A DNA stretch of 61,224 nucleotides, filler included, from Dugesia japonica (lineage: Eukaryota), in the NCBI GenBank assembly GCA_001938525.1. It is 4 parts of 4 records of this genome, joined end to end, with 100 filler letters (N's around TTAATTAATTAA, not from the genome) between each part and the next. Parts side by side here need not be neighbours in the genome. Positions count along the whole stretch, not along the records: positions 52,015 to 61,224 come from MQRL01586355.1; 3 more parts are not named here. One strand, given 5' to 3'. Position numbers and translations under genes: made by a program. The number at the start of each line of letters is the position of its first letter. Position 1 is the stretch's first letter. The notes below the pieces were generated by a model, which was not told where the DNA came from, ran no database searches, and saw nothing but the letters and a program-made list of their open reading frames with translations. Positions 52,056 through 61,224 of this stretch are shown one piece after another.

Positions 52056-52696
52056 TAAATGATTAAATATTTCAAAATAATCAGTGGGAATCTCTCATCT
52101 ACTATTATTATTTTGTTCAAATCTTCTAGTAATTGATTGAAAAATTCAGATCTATTAAACATTTTTACTGTTTCGAAACCATAATTATTTAAAACATTAA
52201 TTAATTCTTGATTATTTGATAAATTAATTAATTCTTGATTATTAGATAAATAACAATATCTTTGATAATTTTCGTTTTCTCTTATACGTCTTAAGTGATC
52301 TCTACCGTATATATGTCCATCATATTCATATTGATATCGAAAATTTTTATTACATATTTGGCATGATAATTGAGGAATATTATTATTTTGAATTATTGTT
52401 TGTAAATTACTATTTTGAGTAACTTGTTGTAAGTTATTATTATTTTGATCTAAAATTTTTAAAACATTGTTTCAATGTTCTGCAGATGAAGTTTCATGTC
52501 CTGTAAGACCTTGAATAGTTTGAAATGATCTATTACATATATTACAAGAAAATTGAGGAATATTTCTCGGAACATTGTTCTGATTCATATTATTTCTATG
52601 TTCTGAAGATGAAGTTTCATGGCCTCTAAGACCTTGTCTATTTCTAAAAGATCTGTTACATAAATTACAATGAAATTGGTTAGTTTGTTGCAGCAT
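52056..52696 (-). pseudogene. Intronless gene with three C2H2-type zinc fingers (one internal TGA)
   Basis: FHCNLCNRSFRNRQGLRGHETSSSEH, FSCNICNRSFQTIQGLTGHETSSAEH* and LSCQICNKNFRYQYEYDGHIYGRDH, all in one frame. Confidence 0.75.
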
Positions 52697-52732
52697 TTTC
52701 GTGCTTTTTTATAAAAACAAAATAAATATTTT

Positions 52733-53295
52733 TTATTGTTTCGATGATTTAATATTTTCTTTTATTATTTCATTTACTTTTAATTTAATTTCTTCTTCAA
52801 TTATTTTATTTACTTCTTTTCCTTGCGTTTTAAATAAAAAATCCCATAAATAATCGCCGGTTATTGTCCAAATATCAATTTTTTCTTTAAATTGTTTAGG
52901 ATTCCTATCTTTTAAACAACCATAAACTACTTGATAAACGGGGTATAAAATTTTAAATTTATGCAACTTTCTATAAACAGTTTTAGATGAATCTCAACTA
53001 CTCGTGAAAATAGAATATTTTAATTCTAATCCTAATTTTCTGCTTTCACATTTAAAATCAATTCCTATTGGTTGTCTTTCGAAACCTAAATATTCAAATG
53101 TTTCTTTATAAATTAAACCTATTCTTGTTTCAATATATGCTAATAATGAGTAAATATGTTGATAATCTTCTGAAACACAATCAGTAAAGAAATCATCTTG
53201 TTTTTTCGTTAAATAAAAAGATTTTGAATAATTAATTATATTTTTTTCGCGATTTCTCTAATTTTCATTCGTAAATTGTTATCGATTTGTATCAT
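52733..53295 (-). pseudogene. PD-(D/E)XK restriction-endonuclease-like gene (one frameshift, one stop)
   Basis: IETRIGLIYKETFEYLGFERQPIGIDFKCESRKLGLELKYSIFTSS*DSSKTVYRKLHKFKILYPVYQVVYGCL...TGDYLWDFLF; GxD...ELK motif. Confidence 0.6.
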
Positions 53296-53614
53296 TATTT
53301 TTATTAATTTATGTTATAAAATTTTTATTAATAAATTTTCTATGAAATAGGAGTAATTCTAGGATTTTCTCTCATTTATTTTCTCATATTAAATTGTTAT
53401 TTAATATGAAATTTACTTTAATTTCATAAATTTGTTNNNNNNNNNAATTTGTTGAAAAAGTCGATTTTTTGATGGTTTTGAGTTTTGAAAAATTTAAAAA
53501 ATTCAGTAAGCCTCGAAAAAATTTAGCAAATTGGTGATGTTAAAAGTACTGTTTTTGTCTCTTTTTGGTTGAAAAGTCCTCTTTTGCCAGTTTTGACATG
53601 TTAATTTTTTGATT

Positions 53615-53845
53615 GAAATCAAGGAATGATTCCTCGTATTACAATTACTGATTCCCTAATATAAAGAAGGCATTTATTTTAGATACTGACGCCACCTTCG
53701 ACGCAATAAGAACGGTCGTATCACAAAATGATAATGATGGAAGAGAGAAAGTTATGGCTTACGGCTCACATGCAATGAAATCACACGATAATTGTTACTG
53801 TATCACACGGAAGGAATTACTAGCAATCTAATAATTCTACTAAAT
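53615..53845 (+). pseudogene. Ty3/Gypsy RNase H fragment
   Basis: AFILDTDATFDAIRTVVSQ...EKVMAYGSHAM...YCITRKELLAI. Confidence 0.85.
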
Positions 53846-54169
53846 TTATATTTTAAACGAGTTTACAAAAATTTGAAATAAGGTTATAAAAATTCGAAAT
53901 CTGGATAATTCAAACTTCCTTTTATTAATTTTACTTGCTACCTGCTATATTCTTTTAGTAATTTAATTAAATGTGATTCGATGACTTTATATGATTTAAT
54001 TCGATTATATTTATTTACAATTTATTTCTAAAATTTTTAATGATTTCTAATTTTATATTTTTGGGTTTATAATTTATTAGTGCGCTATTATACATTACAG
54101 AATTAAATTAGTATTGATTCACCTTTTTTCGAATCATAATTTTACTTTGAATTTAATCGAATCTTTGTT

Positions 54170-54525
54170 CGGGTAAATACGCCACATTTGTTAGATGAGT
54201 TTTGAGTACTCATCGGATGATCAACATCAAAGTTCAACTCCATAAAATTATTTCAAATAAAAACTACATTTCATGTATTTTATACATGTTACCCAACGCT
54301 GCTGATCTTTCTTAACAATGATATTCTTTCCCTCGAAGTATATTTCACACCTTTTAATAAACTTCTCTAGATCATCGACTCTGTAAAATATTTTTGTCAA
54401 CAATCTCTCTATGATCGCATCGGTGTTTACCGCTGCCACCTTGTCAGATGAGTTTTGAGTACTCACTGGATTATCAACATCGGAATTCAACTCAATAAAA
54501 TTTATTTCAAATAAAAACTATAACA
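54170..54525 (-). mobile_element. Two tandem LTR 3' ends, each followed by a PBS-like site, around a gag-like fragment
   Basis: ~80-bp direct repeat at 54189 and 54442 ends ...CTCATCT(A/G)ACA on the minus strand. It is followed by AGGTGGCAGCGGT (tRNA-Leu-like) and AATGTGGCG. DLEKFIKRCEIYF lies between. Confidence 0.6.
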
Positions 54526-57380
54526 TCACTATTTGTTTATTCAAAAAAATTAAAACCCCAATTAGAAATTATTTTCCAATAAATTTAAAATTTATTTCAT
54601 TAATTTTAAAATACACAACCATTCGATATCAAAATATTTATTTTTAATTTCCTAAAATTTTAAATATAAACAATCATTTCTATTAAAATATTTAAATCAA
54701 TCTTAACTACACATAATTTTTTTTATAAAAAACTTTTATTCAATTTTTAAATAAAAGATTTTAAAATAATAATTTTCAATCAAAGCTCAAAAATTTCAAT
54801 CCGCTTCCAAACACACTCAAAATGTATATGGGAGGAAGTTCTCTGCAAGCATACCATAAAACAATAGAATTTTTGATGACGACAAAAATCCAGTAACATT
54901 ATAGTTACATACAAGAGAGAAATAGCAAACCAGTTAAAACAAATTCAGTTATATTTATCAATTTATATATAACCAAATGAAAATTAATTTGAAATCACGT
55001 CAAAACTATACATATGTTTTGGATTATTTATTTTTTCTACTGAAAAACTAAAATTAATAATTAAGAGAAAAATTATTTAAATTCATTTTAGGTGTTTCTG
55101 GAAAAGTCTTAGGATACTCATTAAAATATAATCACACTGGATTGTTACCATAACATTTGATAACTTCAAAATGTTACTTTGGATAAAGTGTGACCAAAAA
55201 ACAAATCAGCAGTAATAAATTTTTTAACTCGTAATCCTTTCACGCTGAAAATTTTTGCGCTATCCCAAGTTTTCTAGTATTACAATTAATTGTCTATTAT
55301 TTTTACGGAGATTTACGCGCTGTCTTAATTAATTATGCACCCCACAATTTAAGGTTCGTTGGTCTACATCAGAGGTGCGTAATCTGCGGCCATAGACAAT
55401 TTTGTTGATATACTTAAATATTTTAATGATTATTTAAATATCTTTGTGTTCAACTTTTGTTAAATATCAATATTTTGAACATTAAATTTAGAAAGTTAAC
55501 ATTCTCATTGTGGCCATTGTTGATTTTTTTAAATATGCAAACGTCAATGACCAAAGATTGCGAACAACTGATTTATGGCAATCTCTAACTTAAAATAACT
55601 TCAGTTTTGAACAAATTAGAATTCTAACTTTCCTAACTTTCAACGAAAATAGGCACTATCACAATGGAAATTAAAAGATAAAGATACTTTAAAAATTATT
55701 CAAGTGTTCTTTAATATCAAAGGTTAACTCATTACACTAATAATCATATCGAATAACTTTTTAGCCTATTATAGAAACGATGTAAAGCATACATTTCATT
55801 TTACAATCAAATACAGTTTTCATTTTCGCAATTATCAAAAAATAATAACTGAGAATTTTAGATTACCATATTCAAATCGATACAAAAAATAAGAAAATCA
55901 CAATCATCAAATCTACACGAATGTCATTTTTTCTTATCACATGAGCTTAGCAACAAATAGATTAATACATTTCATTCAACACACAAACACTCGCATACAC
56001 TCATGAATTTAATGGGATGTAATAATAATAATAATGAGTGTCGCCAAATTTCATTACAACTCTGATTCAAATAAATAACGACAAAAACCAACATTGAAAC
56101 AACATCTATTTAAAAAATATTAATAAATTTGAAATAATTCAAAGCAACAATAGTTTAATTACTAATTAAAGAAACAAATAATTAACAAATAATCGAGAAA
56201 CTAATTTTTAAATAATTAAACTAGATTTCTCTAATCGTTTTCATTTTCAACATCTTCAACTTTGTCCTTGATTTTGTCTGTATAAAATAAAATTCAAATT
56301 AAATAAGTAAAAAAAATATTTCTATTGATATTAAATCAATGTTCGTTTGTTTTTATCATATGGAAATGATTTTTGTTCTGCAGCAAACCATATGTACGAC
56401 TCAGTCGACACACGAACACAGAAAATCAATAAATCATGTCGNNNNNNNNNNNNNNNAAATTATTACTATAGCAACTGAAATACAAAAATTTAACAAACAA
56501 AACTAAACGAGTAGAATCCAAATGAAAACATAAATTTATAGATTTACTTAAGCCTTGACAGGAGTAGCATGTTTGTTTTGCGTAGGAGGCTCTGATAAAA
56601 TTAATTAATTAATTAAATAAGTCATGTAATTAGAAATGGTAACAGAAAATATATTATTGGCCTATGTGAAGAAATGAAAATATTTGTTAAATGTGTATGT
56701 GTGTATTGTCAGAGCAAGCTGCATTATTGAAGACGATGATCAGCAATTAATGAGCACATTAATGTAGATTGCATTTTAGAATTACTATCATCATCTTACA
56801 CTCCAAATTAACCTATCAAAGGATTTCATTTAATTAATAGCTTCGACCAAAATGTTGTATTTTTTAGAATTTCTTTTTGGTAGTTATCCGAATTTTCGAT
56901 TATTGTCTTCAGGAATTTAACTTTTTAATTGATTTAATCTATATTGGAAAAATTTACAAAATATTTATCATTTTATTGGATAAATCATTTTAATTTAATT
57001 ATTATAAACTACATTGAATTTAGGTTGATCCTTTTTGATCAATATTTCTTCTTAGAAAGTGTAGAAATATGGCCTGTTGCTAGTGTTATATGATGCTGTT
57101 GTTCTTGTGAAATTTTATGTTTGTATTGAAACTGTTTGAAGATTTCACTTTCTTTCTGTCTTTATATAAAAGGATATTTAAATTTATCACAGAAAAAACT
57201 CAAATAATGGTTTTATTATCGAATCAGGTCCGTTTATTCTAAACGATGAGTTTTATTCAATATTTGAAAATATAGAAACACGTTCATTGTCGATGGAGGT
57301 GCGGTAGAGAGACTTTATTTATAATATCAATATTACAACAGAATTGATTAACAATCTATTATTTACATAATTTCATAAAT

Positions 57381-57880
57381 ATTAGGTTGGTGGATAATTA
57401 ATGAGAATTTTTTTTACATTTATAACAAATTCATAAAAGAAATCTATTTTAGAATTCATTTAAAATAAAAAGCTTTTATATTAAATGAATTCTATAAAAC
57501 GATCAATAGTTATGTCCAACAATTATTCTCGCAATAATTGTAATTGTAAAAATAAAAACTTTTTTTTAGTTGATATAATACATGAAAAAACAATAATTTT
57601 GGCCACAATATGTTCTACCACTTCGAGAAGTGATATAAAGCGGTACAGTATTGTAGTGATTTGAGCAACCTTTTCGGTAAAGAAACCATCAACTGAAAAC
57701 AGGTTGAAAGGTGGTTTAAAAAGTTCAGATCAGACGTTACAAGCCTCATAGATGATGAAGAACAAGGATGGCCATCAGATTTCGATGACTAGGCACTTTT
57801 GGCTACCGTAGAGAAGGGCGAGAGATTGACAACCAGAATGCTGGCAGACAGACTCTATGTACGACGATTTGTATAATTTG
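57381..57880 (+). mobile_element. Mariner transposon 5' part (decayed)
   Basis: Starts ATTAGGTTGG; VERWFKKFRSDVTSLIDDEEQGWPSDFDD*ALLATVE...TTRMLA matches the mariner HTH region. Confidence 0.8.
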
Positions 57881-59577
57881 GTGGCNAATGTCAAAATATG
57901 GATAACCTACAGAAACAGTGACTTTTTCTCACGTGAAACTGACAGTCAGCAAACAATTGGGAAGCAACTATTGAAGCAGATATTGGATACGCTCCAGATT
58001 GATCTAATAAAAATGTTTTGAACAAATTTTAATATTTTTTTGTTAAATAAACACATGCCAAAAAATTCATCGTTAATTATGCAGAAACCAGAATCCTAGC
58101 AATTTTGTATGACAAATCCAACAATAAATGATCTTGAAATGAAATCATAAATGCTTATGCTCATTGAAACGATATCACTTTCTATCATAATTCTCTGAAA
58201 TATAAAAGACAATTGACAGATATATTATTTCAAAGCTTTATTCACTAATTAACATCTTGGTTTCACCAGTGTAGTTATCATGTAAAAATTATAGAATTTA
58301 AGTTAAATTAATGTTAGATATCATGCAACATGAAATGATAACTTATTCAAATGGACTTGATAATGATAATTGAAAACAGGGAATTTGAAATGACCTAATG
58401 AAAATTAAATATAATTAGCACCTCTACAATAAACTCAATATGAATTTCACGTCAAATCTTGCAAATAATAACTATTTTGAGAAAGATTTGAATGTCACAT
58501 CTTGAGATAAGAATAAATGATAAATTATTAGTTCGGATAGCATTTACAAGTAGACTGACAAACAGAAGATATATTTTCTGGAAATTCCATACTGGAATTG
58601 ATTTATTCTTTGAGTAAGTTAATTAAATGCAGCAAATTTTAAAAAACCAGAAAAAGTATTTTATTAAACATTTTTAAAAGTTGATGTCAAACAGAGTATA
58701 GATTATAGTAGAACTGTGCAGCATGAATTATTTAGAGTTCTTCATAGTTTTTAATTTAACACTATCAATCATTATTATCAATACAAGCTTATTGGTAAAT
58801 AAAAAGATGATACGTATAACAATCATAAAATACTGCGTAATGAGCGGGAAATTTGTTCAAAAATATCAGTGTAACTGAATAAAATAATTGTATTTAACAA
58901 TATTTTTAACATTTTGGTCGTTTAAACAATTATATTTAATAATATTATTAGCTAATAGTGCATCATATTAAAAATTAAAAAGCTATAAGAATACAATTAG
59001 TCATTTATAATATTAACCAATGATATCTAATAATAATATTAACCAATGATATCTAATAATTATATTGACCAATAATACACACTATATTATTAAACAATAA
59101 TTAAATATGTAGTAATACTATAAGTCAATTTGAATTTGAAAATGAATAGAATTCAACATTATTAAATACCCCAATTAGTCATAATAACAATTTTTTTAAA
59201 AATTTTAAATAATTTTTTTTTAATCGAAGCTTTAATTGAATTTATTCTTTATATATATTTTAAACTAAAATTACGTGGGTCGTGCTTGTAGAGATACCTA
59301 TTTTTTGGTTTATTGTTGATTAATGTACTACATGCACTTAAAATCATATTTACTATTGACTATTAGTCGATTGATTGCATTTCAAAACCGAATACCTCAG
59401 TAAAACAAACTCAATAGCATAATATGTAAATAGTAAATTGAAATCAACATTTTGTAAATTTTAATAATCATTATTAAATGAATTATTAATTGCCGAATCG
59501 TTTTTTTTAATCTACAGGATATCAGCTATAAATTCTAATCGTTAAATTTCTCAATTAATTTCGGGTTTACGAACTAA

Positions 59578-59665
59578 TAATAATCCTTCCATAGGTTCAT
59601 CGACGGGAACCTTGTTACGACTTTTACTTCCTCTAAATGATCAAGTTGGATTGTCTTTTCACAAC
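59578..59665 (-). pseudogene. 18S rRNA 3' end fragment (duplicate beside the gap)
   Basis: AACCTTGTTACGACTTTTACTTCCTCTAAATGATCAAG. Confidence 0.8.
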
Positions 59666-59874
59666 NNNNNNNNNNNNNNNNNNNNNNNNNNNNNNNNNNN
59701 NNNNNNNNNNNNNNNATAATATGTAAATAGTAAATTGAAATCAACATTTTGTAAATTTTAATAATCATTATTAAATGAATTATTAATTGCCGAATCGTTT
59801 TTTTTAATCTACAGGATATCAGCTATAAATTCTAATCGTTAAATTTCTCAATTAATTTCGGGTTTACGAACTAA

Positions 59875-60222
59875 TAATAATCCTTCCNTAGGTTCATCGA
59901 CGGGAACCTTGTTACGACTTTTACTTCCTCTAAATGATCAAGTTGGATTGTCTTTTCACAACAATAGAAATATTGCCATTTCTTAAATCGGAATCCAACG
60001 ATCTCACTAAACTATTCAATCGGAAGTAGCGACGGGCGGTGTGTACAAATGGTTGAGACGTAATCAGAGCAAGTTGGTGAATTGCACTTACTAGGAATTC
60101 AGTTTCAGCTTTGCAACCATACTTTCCCTGGAACCCACAGACTTGGGTTTCCCGCTGACTACTCACAAGAAGATTTAAATTACCTTCGCGAACTGACAGC
60201 TGGCATAGTTTATGATCAGAAA
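59875..60222 (-). pseudogene. 18S rRNA pseudogene fragment with an internal deletion
   Basis: GACGGGCGGTGTGTACAAA and 3'-end motifs are present with substitutions at conserved sites. At ~60100 it jumps to TTTCAGCTTTGCAACCATACT, from much further upstream in 18S. Confidence 0.85.
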
Positions 60223-61224
60223 AGTCAATTCATGACGAAGACAATTCGAAAATTAGAATTTTTATCAAAAAAAACAAAAATATTTCGATCAAAGTTTTTA
60301 TTTTAATGAATTCTGTAAAACGATAAATGGTTACGTCCAACAATTATTCTCGCAATAATTCTTGTAATTGTAAATTACCTTAATAAAACTTTAATATATT
60401 TAATTAAAGAAAAATTGTCTTAAAAAACATAAATCAATTGTGGTAGCCATTAGAATTATGTCTTTGTAAGCTCCAGTTGTTTGACATGCATCTAATACAT
60501 AAGAGGAACGGCATTTTTAAAGCCTAAAACAGACACGCTTGGACACATAAAATCGTATTCAAATTTTCCGTTCTTTTCTTTATAATCTATTTCGTTTAGC
60601 AATGAATTCAATTTCTATTGAAATAAATATGGCTTAATTAGATCATATGTTTTTACTTCTTCAGTTACTTTATTCCTTTTAATTCTGTTTATCGAATTAT
60701 AGGCTATTTGATACGATGTTTCATAGTGTTTGAGTTTTTTTTCATAGAGTGTTTCTTTCAAGGACTCTGAACATCTCAAGGTTTTAAAACTTCAATGTCG
60801 CTCTGTAATTAAACTGTTTTGGATTCAACCCAGAATCCCTTCGAATCAGCTTTAGATGGAATGCAGATATAAAGAGCTAACGTTTTTTGATGGACTTGAT
60901 TGTCGCTTCTTTTTAAATATATGAATTTAAAAGTATATTCCCATACAGCACAGCAGGCATCTAGAATTTTGGTGCTACTTTTCCTTATTTTATAGGTAAT
61001 AGATGTTTTATTGTTGTTAAAAGAATTGTAAGTGTAAGTAGTTTCCTCAGAATCTTCTATTTTGTTATTGGGTTCCATCAAAAAATTAACACTTGAGTTA
61101 TAAAGATTTATTAAATTAACAAAAGGTGATTAAACAAANAAATTTGACAGGGAATTTATTTCTGGCAATTTCAATTTTTTTATTAAAATATTTATTCTAA
61201 TTTTACTTTTATTAATTTTATACT

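Noticed and set aside
55370-55570. hAT-type MITE
   Set aside because: TIRs are degenerate and there is no 8-bp TSD.
56230-57320. Small minus-strand exon-like pieces of a host gene
   Set aside because: Some acceptor-like sites are present, but I could not assemble a consistent spliced frame or recognise a protein.

Overview
AT-rich eukaryotic genomic DNA from a freshwater planarian (Tricladida, Dugesia-like). The assignment rests on mitochondrial gene order and genetic code 9 (AAA=Asn, AGR=Ser, TGA=Trp). The window is four unrelated scaffolds joined by artificial N44-TTAATTAATTAA-N44 linkers: 1-16678, 16779-36533, 36634-51914 and 52015-61224. Scaffold 1 holds ~11.6 kb of mitochondrial genome on the minus strand (cox1 to trnT: 9 protein genes, an unassigned ORF, 2 rRNAs, 20 tRNAs). 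It is joined without gaps to decayed Ty3/Gypsy sequence, so it is either a NUMT or a chimeric contig. The rest is mostly decayed mobile DNA: Gypsy, Polinton/Maverick (pPolB, integrase, protease), hAT, mariner, and an 18S pseudogene, plus one intact host gene (hsp10). The most unusual signal is a family of ~4.3-4.6 kb elements bounded by TGTTGGGG...CCCCAACA with 4-bp target-site duplications. No gag/pol/transposase was recognised inside them. They carry four small conserved orphan ORFs, each behind its own splice acceptor, and a covarying RNA structure at the 3' end. Also notable are a decayed restriction-endonuclease-like gene next to a C2H2 zinc-finger gene, and an RNF10-like RING gene among Polinton remnants. 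All calls come from manual reading and translation; tRNA, rRNA and pseudogene boundaries are approximate.
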